Positions 19,010-28,548 are shown, numbered from the stretch's first letter. The stretch: DNA of 32,000 nucleotides from Nitrosospira multiformis ATCC 25196 (GCF_000196355.1 NC_007614.1:2010001-2042000); one strand, 5' to 3'. Translations and numbers: made by a program. Notes: generated from the letters alone by a model not told the origin.

Positions 19010-20599
19010 CTACTTCACGAGCGGCGGCGTTTCAAAGCTGTGATACGGCGCCGGCGAGGGCAGGGTCCACTCCAGTGTTTTTGCACCCTCCCACGGTTTC
19101 TGGGGCGCCTTTGCTCCTCCGCGAATGCACTTCAGCACTACATAGAGGAACAACAATTGGGTCGTACCGAATCCGAATGCTCCTATGCTGGAAATCATGT
19201 TGAAGTCCGCAAATTGCAGCGCATAGTCGGGGATGCGGCGCGGCATGCCGGCCAATCCCAGGAAGTGCTGCACGAAGAAGGTGAGGTTGAAGAAGAACAT
19301 CGACAACCAGAAATGCCATTTGCCCAACGTCTCGTCATACATGTGACCCGTCCACTTGGGCAGCCAGTAGTACGCTCCGGCGAAGATGGCAAAGAGCGAA
19401 CCGGATACCAGCACGTAGTGGAAGTGCGCGATCACATAGTAGGTATCCTGCACCTGCACATCGATCGGGACAATAGCGCAGACCACGCCGCTAAAACCTC
19501 CGATGACGAACAGGAAAATGAAGCCGATGGAAAACAGCATGGGTGTTTCAAAGGTCATGGAACCACGCCACATCGTGGCGGTCCAGTTGAATACCTTCAC
19601 GCCCGTCGGAACCGCGATCAGCATGGTGCCGTACATGAAGAACAGTTGTCCGGTTACAGGCATGCCTGCGGTGAACATATGGTGCGCCCAGACGATGCAG
19701 GAAAGAATGGCGATGGAAGCAGTTGCATACACCATCGAGGAATAACCGAACAGCGGTTTGCGGGAAAAAGCGGGAATTACCTCGGAGACAATGCCGAATG
19801 ACGGCAGGATCATGATGTAGACTTCCGGGTGACCGAAGAACCAGAAAACATGCTGGAACAGCACGGGATCACCCCCACCCGCCGCATTGAAGAAATTGGT
19901 GCCGAAGTTACGGTCGGTCAGCAGCATGGTCACCACACCGGCGAGCACCGGCATGACCAGCACCAGCAGATAAGCGGTAATCAGCCAGGTCCACACGAAC
20001 ATGGGCATCTTCATCAGGGTCATGCCAGGGGCGCGCATGTTGAGAATGGTGGTGATGATGTTGATCGAGCCCATGATGGAAGAGGCGCCAAGTATATGAA
20101 TGGCGAAAATCATCATGTCCATCCCGATGCCCATTTGGACCGACAGCGGAGGATAGAAAGTCCAGCCCCCGGCAGCAGCGCCGCCGGGCACGAAGAAAGA
20201 AGCGATGAGCAACAATGCCGCAGGAGGCAGCAGCCAGAAGCTCCAGTTGTTCATTCGCGCGAAGGCCATGTCGGGAGCGCCGATCATCATCGGTATCTGC
20301 CAGTTGGCAAAACCGACGAAGGCCGGCATGATGGCGCCGAACACCATCACCAAGCCGTGCATGGTGGTGAGCTGGTTAAAAAATTCGGGATTGACGATCT
20401 GTATACCTGGCTGAAATAACTCGGCCCGGATGGTCAGCGCCATCACGCCCCCCGTGAGGAACATGATGAAGCTGAACCAGAGATAAAGCGTACCGATATC
20501 CTTGTGATTCGTGGTAGTCAGCCACCGCATCAGGCCGGTGGGGTGGTCGTGCGCGTGCTCGGCGCCATGCACGACATCGTGATCGGGTATTGCTGCCAT
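19010..20599 (-). CDS. coxA: Cytochrome c oxidase subunit I (heme-copper oxidase, A-type)
   Basis: LTTTNHKDIGTLYLWFSFIMFLTGG...MVFGAIMPAFVGFANWQIPMMIGAPDMAFARMNN...FWFFGHPEVYIMILPSFG...YYVIAHFHYVLVSG; start at MAAIPDHD (CAT 20597-20599). Confidence 0.98.
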   Translation of the reverse strand: MAAIPDHDVVHGAEHAHDHPTGLMRWLTTTNHKDIGTLYLWFSFIMFLTGGVMALTIRAELFQPGIQIVNPEFFNQLTTMHGLVMVFGAIMPAFVGFANWQIPMMIGAPDMAFARMNNWSFWLLPPAALLLIASFFVPGGAAAGGWTFYPPLSVQMGIGMDMMIFAIHILGASSIMGSINIITTILNMRAPGMTLMKMPMFVWTWLITAYLLVLVMPVLAGVVTMLLTDRNFGTNFFNAAGGGDPVLFQHVFWFFGHPEVYIMILPSFGIVSEVIPAFSRKPLFGYSSMVYATASIAILSCIVWAHHMFTAGMPVTGQLFFMYGTMLIAVPTGVKVFNWTATMWRGSMTFETPMLFSIGFIFLFVIGGFSGVVCAIVPIDVQVQDTYYVIAHFHYVLVSGSLFAIFAGAYYWLPKWTGHMYDETLGKWHFWLSMFFFNLTFFVQHFLGLAGMPRRIPDYALQFADFNMISSIGAFGFGTTQLLFLYVVLKCIRGGAKAPQKPWEGAKTLEWTLPSPAPYHSFETPPLVK

Positions 20600-20618
20600 G
20601 GTTTCCTCCTTGAGGCTA

Positions 20619-21752
20619 TTATCTGTGTTGATTGATTTCGGATGGCTGGACGGCATCGCCCGTCGAATTGCCGAAGGAATTGCGCTGGTAGGTGATCACC
20701 GAGGCAATATCCACGTCCGACAGATGCTTGAATGGCGCCATTGCCGTGCCGCTCTTGCCGTTCATGACGATATTGATGTGGCCGTCCTTGGGCCCGGTGG
20801 CAACCTTCGATCCGGCGATGGCGGGGAAGGTGCCGGGCACGCCCTGCCCGTTGGCCTGGTGACAGGCCGCGCAGTTGGCGTTATACACCGCTTCGCCCTT
20901 GGCCTTGAGCTCGTCCAGCCCGAACTCCTTGTTGACGTCCACCGCCACTGCCGCCAGCTTGGTTTTCTGCTCTGCCACCCAGGCAGCGTATTTCTCAGGC
21001 TCCACCGCCTCTACCACGATCGGCATGAAGCCATGCTCCTTGCCGCACAACTCGGCGCACTGGCCGCGATAGGTGCCGGGCTTCTCGATGTTGAACCACA
21101 CGTCACGGATGAAGCCTGGGATAGCGTCCTGCTTCACGCCTAGCGCCGGTACCCACCAGGCGTGCAGCACGTCATTGGCAGTGATCAGCACCCGCACTTT
21201 CTTGCCCGTCGGCACCACCAGGGGCTTGTCCACTTCCAGAAGATAATTCTCCCCCTTGGGCGCCGCATTCTCGATCTGCGCCTTGGGCGTGGCAAGAGCG
21301 CTCAGGAAACCGATCCCCTCCCCTTCACCCGTCAGGTAGTCATAACCCCATTTCCACTGATAACCCGTCGCCTTGACCGTGATGTCCGGGTTGGACGTAT
21401 CCTTCATGGCAATCACGGTCTTGGTGGCAGGAAAGGCCATGCCGATCAGGATCAGGAACGGGATCGCCGTCCAGATGATCTCGACCGTGGTGCTGTGATG
21501 GAAATTGGCCGCCTTATAGCCCTTGGATTTGCGATGCTGGACTACCGAATAGAACATCACGCCGAACACGCCGATGAAAATCGCCAGACAAATCCACAGA
21601 ACCAGCATGTGCTGGTCGTAGATCTGCTGGGCAATGGCTGTCTGCGGCTCGGGCAGATTTAACTGGTAGGGGTCGGCCGCCGCCATCGCCAGTCCGGGAT
21701 ACGTCACGTACGTCATGACTCCTGCAAGGGCGGAGGGTACGTTGATCTTCAT
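20619..21752 (-). CDS. coxB: Cytochrome c oxidase subunit II with C-terminal cytochrome c domain
   Basis: VEIIWTAIPFLILIGMAFPATK...GYQWKWGYDYL...ANDVLHAWWVPALGVKQDAIPG...YRGQCAELCGKEHGFMPIVV...YNANCAACHQANGQGVPGTFP (CxxCH). Confidence 0.98.
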   Translation of the reverse strand: MKINVPSALAGVMTYVTYPGLAMAAADPYQLNLPEPQTAIAQQIYDQHMLVLWICLAIFIGVFGVMFYSVVQHRKSKGYKAANFHHSTTVEIIWTAIPFLILIGMAFPATKTVIAMKDTSNPDITVKATGYQWKWGYDYLTGEGEGIGFLSALATPKAQIENAAPKGENYLLEVDKPLVVPTGKKVRVLITANDVLHAWWVPALGVKQDAIPGFIRDVWFNIEKPGTYRGQCAELCGKEHGFMPIVVEAVEPEKYAAWVAEQKTKLAAVAVDVNKEFGLDELKAKGEAVYNANCAACHQANGQGVPGTFPAIAGSKVATGPKDGHINIVMNGKSGTAMAPFKHLSDVDIASVITYQRNSFGNSTGDAVQPSEINQHR

Positions 21753-21859
21753 GTTTTCCTCATTGATTCCCGAATATTTGGTTCACGAGTAGGGTTATTA
21801 AAGATAATCGGATTCTCTTATCCGGTATCGAATCGTATGCCTCGGCACGAGGTGAAACC

Positions 21860-21873
21860 TTGACTAATATCAA
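21860..21873. promoter_or_regulatory. FNR/DNR-like box upstream of coxB
   Basis: TTGAC-TAAT-ATCAA (minus strand TTGAT-ATTA-GTCAA); one mismatch to TTGAT-N4-ATCAA; about 107 bp upstream of the coxB start codon. Confidence 0.5.
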
Positions 21874-22612
21874 CTTTTATCGAGGTTGAGTGGAAGGGAG
21901 CGAGCTGAGGTGATAAAGGGTGATACCAGGGATAGAGGAGGATAAATGGACTCGGCATATTCCGAGCGGGAGGGATCCGGTCCATCCCCTACCAAACCTT
22001 ATACGGCCCGAAATTCAGCGACAGAAGGGTGAAAAGAGGCGACTATCCGCGAGGGCATCGAAATACAGTGGAGGGTGGAAGCGAAAACCGCGACTCCCCA
22101 CCAAAATTGAATGGGCTACTTTGTTTGAAGGGCTTGAATCCGCACAGAAACGGCTAGCGAAGAAAAGAATGGGGCGGGAAACGCGGTGAAGCGCGATTCC
22201 GGGAAAAATCGCGGTGCCGCGTCAGTCTCTTCCGAAGAACCCAGGGTCGCTGCGAGATGCCAGGATCCTGCGGGCCTTCGCGACAGAGTCCGAATACCAG
22301 AGTGTCTCCATTTTGCTGTTGAAACAGGCTGATAACCCGCGGCTATCGCTTCCCGCTCGGCAGACCGCTCTCGGCAGCGGAGACCTCAAGTTCTCGCGTA
22401 CGCCCCACATTACCCGAGGCTATCTCATAGTCGTCATGGCTGACGACAGTCTTCCAGTTGAAGGGTGAGAGCGGTTGAGGGAAGGCGTGAACCTGAGCCT
22501 CCTTTAACCGATGGTTTTTTGACGTTGATCACATCACCGGCTCTATGAATGCCTATACCGAGCGCAGCGATGCAACAGAATGCCTGCCACGGATACGCGA
22601 AACGAACTACCC

Positions 22613-23233
22613 TTATGTACCCTGGGGCGCTTCTCCACTATCCGTTCTTTCTCCGCCGCGCCGATGGAAAAATAGCATTCGATCCAGGTTTTCACCTACG
22701 GACAGGCATCCATCCAGAAATCGGCTCGTCCTGGAAGAACCGGACGAACTGTCGTTCATCCAGTGAGCAAATGTCGCCAGATAAATTGAAGTAAGCGCAC
22801 TTTCTTCCAATGCGCGCCGGAGGTACGTAGCATCCCTCCCCGCAGCCTCCCGCATCCATTGCACAGTACGGCGGACGCGCATCAATCCGGGAATCTGAAC
22901 GTGCAGATGACCTGGCTCCAGTTTGCCATAGATCATTTGCCTTGTAGCCTTGCGGTAAGGGTAAAGAGACGCGAGCCAAGCCATGATCAGCCGGTGCAGA
23001 CGCTGCCGCGGCGTCAGGAAGGAAAAGTCCGGCGCCCGCGCTATCCGGAGCATCGCACTGTCTGCCCGCTCGAACCAGGCTTCAACGATATCCTCTTTCT
23101 CACGAAAATGCGCATGCACGTCATTCAGGGTGATGCCCAGCGCAGCTGCCACATCATGCAGGCGTACAGCCTCCCATGATTTCTGTTCGCCAAGCTCAAC
23201 TGCGGTGTTAACAATCTGATCAGCAGTCACCAT
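22613..23233 (-). CDS. TetR-like transcriptional regulator
   Basis: MVTADQIVNTAVELGEQKSWEAVRLHDVAAALGITLNDVHAHFREKEDIVEAWFERAD: TetR-type HTH. ATG at 23233 preferred over the TTG at 23254. Confidence 0.75.
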   Translation of the reverse strand: MVTADQIVNTAVELGEQKSWEAVRLHDVAAALGITLNDVHAHFREKEDIVEAWFERADSAMLRIARAPDFSFLTPRQRLHRLIMAWLASLYPYRKATRQMIYGKLEPGHLHVQIPGLMRVRRTVQWMREAAGRDATYLRRALEESALTSIYLATFAHWMNDSSSGSSRTSRFLDGCLSVGENLDRMLFFHRRGGERTDSGEAPQGT

Positions 23234-23285
23234 TACCGATTTCCTATTACACAAATAATTGATTCATAAAGAAAATTTCAACAAA

Positions 23286-23302
23286 CTCTGATCTAGTCAG
23301 AG
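23286..23302. repeat. 17-bp interrupted palindrome upstream of the TetR-like gene
   Basis: CTCTGA-TCTAG-TCAGAG, exact 6-bp arms. Confidence 0.5.
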
Positions 23303-23460
23303 CAAAACGTAGCGCAAATCCCCATGCAACGGCAAGCATCTGTTAGGGATGCCTAATAAGGCCACGATTACCCCGGTGGAGAATTGCTGTTCACGCCGCA
23401 ATCGTGGTTGACGAAAAACAGCCTGTCGCTCCCAGGAGTAACCGCTGGCGCCACCACTTC

Positions 23461-23535
23461 TTAACGCAATCCGAGGAAACTCAAGACTGCGAGAAGGATA
23501 ACAATAAAACCCACCCACCAGATTATGTTGTTCAT
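23461..23535 (-). CDS. 24-aa hydrophobic membrane microprotein
   Basis: MNNIIWWVGFIVILLAVLSFLGLR* preceded on the minus strand by AAGGAGGCAGGC; strong Shine-Dalgarno. Confidence 0.5.
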   Translation of the reverse strand: MNNIIWWVGFIVILLAVLSFLGLR

Positions 23536-23819
23536 GCCTGCCTCCTTAAGTGGTTTATATTTAAATGATTGGGAGCTGTTCCGCCCGTCATTGAGGACTT
23601 TATTCTTGCTCTGATCAGGTTTTATTTCAGTTCGCCAACACACATACCCGGATTTGCAACTTCATCGTGGCCTGCGCATTGCCTTGCATCGCACGCCGCT
23701 TCTTCGTCATTTGCTTCTCTCATTAAATCAAAGTTACACGGAAATCTGCCAGGAAATGAACTACACTGAGTTCTGAATGTGAGGCAACCGAGATAACGAT
23801 CGCGATAAATGGAGGAACC

Positions 23820-24014
23820 ATGGCAAAAGCGAACCCGATTCAGGTCCAGAAATTCCTGTCTGGTGTGGATTACCCCGCGAACAAGGATGAACTCGTGGAT
23901 CATGCCAAATCCAAGGGCGCTGACGAGAATATAATGCAGACCCTCGAACAGTTGCCGGATGAGGACTATGAGACGCCCGCGGATGTAAGCAAGGCAATCG
24001 GGCAGATCAAATAA
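23820..24014 (+). CDS. DUF2795 domain protein
   Basis: MAKANPIQVQKFLSGVDYPANKDELVDHAKSKGADENIMQTLEQLPDEDYETPADVSKAIGQIK; GGAGGA Shine-Dalgarno. Confidence 0.88.
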   Translation: MAKANPIQVQKFLSGVDYPANKDELVDHAKSKGADENIMQTLEQLPDEDYETPADVSKAIGQIK

Positions 24015-24133
24015 ATCCGAGTGCCTTAGGGGCAGATAAAGTCCGCGAGAATTTACGTCTCCGAAGGATGAAACGTGCAGAGGCAATGAGACGATGCCGG
24101 GAATAGAGAACAATAATAACTTTTTTACTGACA

Positions 24134-25276
24134 TTGGCAGCACGTAATTTCCCCCCCGTTCTCCCTTTCTCACCCCGCAAAATCGCGGTTCTCCATGCCA
24201 AGGCGGTGGGTGACTTTATCGTCATCCTGCCCGCCCTGGATGCGATTAAACGGACATATCCCGAGGCAGAACTCATCCTGCTCGCCAAGCCGTGGGTAAA
24301 GGAATTCTTCTCCGGCCGCCCGTCGCCGGTTGACCGTGTTCTCAGCCTTCCCCCACTTGCCGGTGTCAATGATCCGGTTGAGTCCAAAGGCCGCGTTCCC
24401 TCCACAGGCAGCGGTGTCTACCCTGTCGAAGTAGAACTGTTCTGCCAAGCGATGCAAGGCGAGAAGCTCGATGTCGTCATTCATATGCAAGGGGATGGTA
24501 AATCCGTCAATCCCTTCATCAATAAATTTGCCGCCCGCGTGACGGCAGGCATGTGCAACCCGCCTGCCGAATCCCTCGACCGTTCCATTCCCTATGTGCA
24601 TTACCAGAGCGAGGTTCTGCGCAATCTCGAAGTGGCCTCCTTAATTGGCGCTCGTACCACGAGTACCGGATTCGAACCGCGCATCGAGGTGACGGAATCC
24701 GACGAACAGGAGACAGAATCGGTCCGCCAGACGATCAAGGGCAAACCCTATGTCGTTATCCACCCGGGCGCGGATGATATCCGCAGGGTATGGCCTGCAG
24801 TCAGGTTTGCCGAGGCCGCAGATTGCCTGCTCGAAAAAGGATATGCAGTTGTCGTGACAGGAACGCCGAAAGAAGAAGAGCGCGTGGCGACTGTCATTCG
24901 GGCCATGAGTCGGCCTGCGATTCCCTGTACCCGACTTGGCCTGTGCGGTCTGGCTGCCCTCTTACAGCATAGCGCGCTCGTCATCAGCAACGATACCGGC
25001 CCGCTCCATCTGGCACGCGCGGTGGGCGCACGTACAGTGGGAATTTACTGGGCCCCCAACATCCTCAACTGGGGTCCGCTCAGCCGCGACCGGCACCGGC
25101 TCGCGATCGGTTGGCAGCTTGAATGTCCCCAATGCGGCATCAGGCCTGTTTCGCCCTGGCCGTTTCAGCCGCAGACATCCGACTGCAGTCATCCGTACTC
25201 ATTCGTGGAAAGTGTACCGGTTGCAGAGGTTCTTGCATTGGCCACTGAATTATTGGGCCTGACGACTGAGCATTGA
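24134..25276 (+). CDS. Glycosyltransferase family 9 (heptosyltransferase-like)
   Basis: PRKIAVLHAKAVGDFIVILPALDAIKRTYPEAEL...KPYVVIHPGADDIRRVWPAVRFAEAADCLLEKGYAVVVTGTPKEE...ALLQHSALVISNDTGPLHLARAVGARTVGIYWAPN. Confidence 0.9.
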   Translation: MAARNFPPVLPFSPRKIAVLHAKAVGDFIVILPALDAIKRTYPEAELILLAKPWVKEFFSGRPSPVDRVLSLPPLAGVNDPVESKGRVPSTGSGVYPVEVELFCQAMQGEKLDVVIHMQGDGKSVNPFINKFAARVTAGMCNPPAESLDRSIPYVHYQSEVLRNLEVASLIGARTTSTGFEPRIEVTESDEQETESVRQTIKGKPYVVIHPGADDIRRVWPAVRFAEAADCLLEKGYAVVVTGTPKEEERVATVIRAMSRPAIPCTRLGLCGLAALLQHSALVISNDTGPLHLARAVGARTVGIYWAPNILNWGPLSRDRHRLAIGWQLECPQCGIRPVSPWPFQPQTSDCSHPYSFVESVPVAEVLALATELLGLTTEH

Positions 25277-25300
25277 GCCCGAACACTAAGCCAGCGTTTT

Positions 25301-26278
25301 TCAGTGAGCATTCCGAACAAGATTGCTGACGACTCTTTGCCAGTCGTTGGCAAACCGTTGGATGCCGAATCGGCGGGTTGCGTACTCCCGCGCGTTTCGG
25401 CTCAATTCCCGCGCATGATCGTGATCGTCGAGCAGATAACGCATCCGTTCGATCAGCTTGTCCACGTCCGTTTCGACATAGCCCCTTTTGCCGTTTTCAA
25501 CCGCGGTGACCATCTCGGTTGTCGCAAGCCCTACGATGGGCAATCCCGTCATCATCGCTTCGCAGACGGATAGGCCGAGGCTGGTATAACGAATGGGGTT
25601 GAAGAAGAAACGATATCCGGCGACGAGAGCAGGCAGTTCCTCATGCGACACTTCCCCCAGGCCACCCAGTTCCGTTGACCCCATCCCCACCAGGTCCAAC
25701 GGTATCTGTTCACGGATTTTCTCGAATACATCGAGACCGAGGCGGCGACCGCGCTTGTGCATGTTGTTCACCACGACGATGCCTCTGGCGTGTTCTCCCG
25801 TATATTTCACGTTGTCCGGCACCATTACCCCATGATCGATGACGACGGTCGGTGTTCCGTTACTATCCCACATCAGGCGGTTGAAATCGGTTACGTGGAC
25901 CAGAAGCATGGAAGGATCGTCCACCCAGTGGGCAGTATTGGTTGGATGTTCCTGTGGGGGATCGTGTTCGAGGTAAATTTTGGGGAGCCGCCGCTGTGCC
26001 TCGGACAGGATTTCGTACTGGTCAATTTCGTAGTTCTTGCGATGCTGAAACAGGATCACGTCAAAATCGAGATCCTTCACCTGTTCGATGGGCACGTCGT
26101 GCACGTTGTCCCCCCAATCGAAACCGAGCGCGCGGCCGCCATAGCCTGCACCCTCTCCTTTAGGCAAATAAAACTCCAGCGGCGCCTGAGTGAGATAGTA
26201 AAGGTAGTTGCCATGAATATGCCAGGTAAGAACCCGCAATTTCTCCTCCTTTCTTCCTTGATTCTCCTTTACTTTCAT
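25301..26278 (-). CDS. Glycosyltransferase family 4-like protein
   Basis: VLTWHIHGNYLYYLTQAPLEFYLP...VHVTDFNRLMW...YRFFFNPIRYTSLGLSVCEAMMTGLPIVGLATTEMVTAVENGKRGYV; ATG 26278 immediately follows the stop of the upstream GT9 gene. Confidence 0.85.
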   Translation of the reverse strand: MKVKENQGRKEEKLRVLTWHIHGNYLYYLTQAPLEFYLPKGEGAGYGGRALGFDWGDNVHDVPIEQVKDLDFDVILFQHRKNYEIDQYEILSEAQRRLPKIYLEHDPPQEHPTNTAHWVDDPSMLLVHVTDFNRLMWDSNGTPTVVIDHGVMVPDNVKYTGEHARGIVVVNNMHKRGRRLGLDVFEKIREQIPLDLVGMGSTELGGLGEVSHEELPALVAGYRFFFNPIRYTSLGLSVCEAMMTGLPIVGLATTEMVTAVENGKRGYVETDVDKLIERMRYLLDDHDHARELSRNAREYATRRFGIQRFANDWQRVVSNLVRNAH

Positions 26279-26279
26279 A

Positions 26280-27287
26280 TTAACGCCCAATTAATTCCTC
26301 CAGCGCCCGTATTGCCATTTCCGGCGTCTTCACGTCGTTTCCCGAAACAACCCGATGATGAACCTGATCCAACGGACCCCAAATCAGCGGATCGGTCGTG
26401 GTAAAGACGGTGACACTCGGGGCATCGACCGCTACCGCCAAATGCGCAACTCCCGTGTCATTCGAGATCACCGCCCGGCTGCCCTTCAGAAGGGCGGCGA
26501 GTGCCCCGATGGCGGTTTTACCGGCAAGATCAATCGCCGTACCCGTCATTTTCCCGGCGACCGCTTGCGTGAGCGGCTTCTCTTCCGCAGTACCCGTCAA
26601 CACCACTTTCAAACCCTGCCGAATACACCTGTCCGCCACCTCCGCGAAATGAGCAGCAGGCCAGGGGGTTGCGGAAATCGCGCCGGGATGCAGGCAGACA
26701 TAAGGTTTATCACGAATAGTCCCATATTCTTGCAGTTCCCGAAGTTTCTGGCAGTCCATGTCCAATAACGGAAATTCCATGGTTCTGTCCGCCGCGCGAT
26801 CAGCCTGCTCCATGCCGAGAAACTCGAGTAACGCCAGATTCCTTAGCAACTCAGGCTGCCTGGAGGGGTATGGCATGAAGAAATCGCGGTTAGGCCAGTG
26901 AGAGTTGCCTTCGCTCGCAAACCCGGCCGCAATAGCCGCCCCGAAAAGAGAGACGACAAGATTAGATACTGTACCTTTGCCATGCATTTGCAGGGCAAGG
27001 TCGTATTGTCGCCGCTGCATGCCGTCCAGAAAAGCCGTGACTGCTTCAGCCCTGAAGGGATGCTCGGGCAATCCGGGAAAACCCGGAAATTCGATAAATT
27101 CGTCGATATAATGATTGTAACGCGCGGCGAGCGCCTTGTTCCAGGGCAACCCGACATAATCGATGGTGGCTTGCGGAAAAGCCCGCCTAATCGCCCGCAG
27201 CGCAGGGACGAACAACAGAAAATCCCCCAGCTTCAAGGCCCTGAAAATCGCGATCTTCTTGATTGGCAGATTACCCATCTGAGCCAT
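26280..27287 (-). CDS. Glycosyltransferase family 9 (heptosyltransferase-like)
   Basis: [38 protein letters not shown]...[27 protein letters not shown]...[31 protein letters not shown]. Confidence 0.92.
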   Translation of the reverse strand: MAQMGNLPIKKIAIFRALKLGDFLLFVPALRAIRRAFPQATIDYVGLPWNKALAARYNHYIDEFIEFPGFPGLPEHPFRAEAVTAFLDGMQRRQYDLALQMHGKGTVSNLVVSLFGAAIAAGFASEGNSHWPNRDFFMPYPSRQPELLRNLALLEFLGMEQADRAADRTMEFPLLDMDCQKLRELQEYGTIRDKPYVCLHPGAISATPWPAAHFAEVADRCIRQGLKVVLTGTAEEKPLTQAVAGKMTGTAIDLAGKTAIGALAALLKGSRAVISNDTGVAHLAVAVDAPSVTVFTTTDPLIWGPLDQVHHRVVSGNDVKTPEMAIRALEELIGR

Positions 27288-27431
27288 ATGCTTGCGCTCC
27301 CGGTACGAGTCAAGTCAGTCAGACTTTCTTCGCTCAACAGTATTGCATGTAAGCCAGGGTTCCGCTATTTTTATAACCAATTCTCCTGTTTTAACTCGTC
27401 TTTTTTTGCCATCAAATGAAAGGAGTCGCGG

Positions 27432-27899
27432 ATGTTCATATCCAGCCCGGCGTTTCCTAATCGCACCCCCGTTCTCAAGCCACATACCTGCATGGGAGAA
27501 AATATCAGCCCTCCCCTGGAGTTTGGAGACCTTCCCGCAGAGACGAAAAGCCTGGTCCTGATCGTGGAAGATCGCGATGCGACACCCGTTCCCTGGGTAC
27601 ATTGGCTGGTATTCAATATTCCCCCTGACACCGCAACGGTTTCCGCCGGGAGCATTCCCGCGGGCGGGACGGAAGGCATTGCCAATGGGGGGACGCACGG
27701 TTATGAAGGTCCCTGCCCCAAATACTTCCACGGCACCCACCACTACCACTTCCAGTTATTTGCCCTGAATGTGGTATTGGATTTGCCTGCAAGTGCGGAT
27801 AAAACGCATGTAGCGGCAAGCATGAAAGAACACGTCATTGATTCCGCTACGCTCGTCGGTTTATGCGAGGGAACAAAAGCCGAAGCGGGGACTTCTTAA
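27432..27899 (+). CDS. YbhB/YbcL family Raf kinase inhibitor-like (PEBP) protein
   Basis: FISSPAFPNRTPVLKPHTCMGENISPPLEFGDLPAETKSLVLIVEDRDATPVPWVHWLVFNIPP...GYEGPCPKYFHGTHHYHFQLFALN; AAAGGAG Shine-Dalgarno. Confidence 0.94.
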   Translation: MFISSPAFPNRTPVLKPHTCMGENISPPLEFGDLPAETKSLVLIVEDRDATPVPWVHWLVFNIPPDTATVSAGSIPAGGTEGIANGGTHGYEGPCPKYFHGTHHYHFQLFALNVVLDLPASADKTHVAASMKEHVIDSATLVGLCEGTKAEAGTS

Positions 27900-28143
27900 A
27901 CTTGCATAACCCCTCATTTTGACCCCGCCTCCTTGTTTTGCCGTATCTAATCCAGCTACCGGGAGGATAAAGGCAAGGCCACATTAATTGAATTATTGAA
28001 CAATTTTTTCCTGCCTCAATTGTGTCTTTCCATACAGAAATCTTCAAAAATAAAGATAAAAATAAGGTTTACCTGTTATTACTGGCCTCCGAAACTCAAA
28101 TGAATCTCTCCCCCGGAATCACTTCTTCAAAGGAGAACGAGCC

Positions 28144-28548
28144 ATGTTACATGCGGAAGACCGAACGAGCAGAGATCGCGTTCGCCACTCAACAGCGCCG
28201 AAGGTGAACCGCGAAATAGATCGCCAAACGAACAGCAATATCCGGCGTTATGCCAACAGCAACGAGGAAGTCATCAATCGACGCATTGCAGAGCTCGACC
28301 AGGAGTGGGACATAGAGCGCGTGCTTGAAGCCAATGCGTCGACATTGGCCTTGACGGGCCTTTTGCTTGGCCTGACTGTTAACAGGAAATGGCTGGCGTT
28401 GCCCACGGTTGTACTGTCATTCCTGCTGCAGCATTCGCTGCAGGGATGGTGCCCACCTTTACCCCTGTTTCGGCGTCTGGGCGTACGTACACGAGGAGAA
28501 ATCGATCGGGAAAAGTATGAATTGAAAGCGTTGCTGGAGGGAAGGTAA
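28144..28548 (+). CDS. DUF2892/YgaP transmembrane-domain protein
   Basis: IERVLEANASTLALTGLLLGLTVNRKWLALPTVVLSFLLQHSLQGWCPPLPLFRRLGVRTRGEIDREKYELKAL. Confidence 0.75.
   Translation: MLHAEDRTSRDRVRHSTAPKVNREIDRQTNSNIRRYANSNEEVINRRIAELDQEWDIERVLEANASTLALTGLLLGLTVNRKWLALPTVVLSFLLQHSLQGWCPPLPLFRRLGVRTRGEIDREKYELKALLEGR

Noticed and set aside
18953-19801. 282-aa His/Glu-rich plus-strand ORF and the similar 19829-20419 and 20598-21143 ORFs
   Set aside because: All are antisense to coxA/coxB; composition is typical of shadow ORFs.
22510-22530. TTGACGTTGATCACATCACC as a second FNR/CRP site
   Set aside because: Half-site spacing and sequence fit neither FNR nor CRP well and the site is downstream of the TetR-like gene.
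23622-24173. 183-aa minus-strand ORF
   Set aside because: Fully covers the DUF2795 gene on the opposite strand, which has a good Shine-Dalgarno and clear family motifs.
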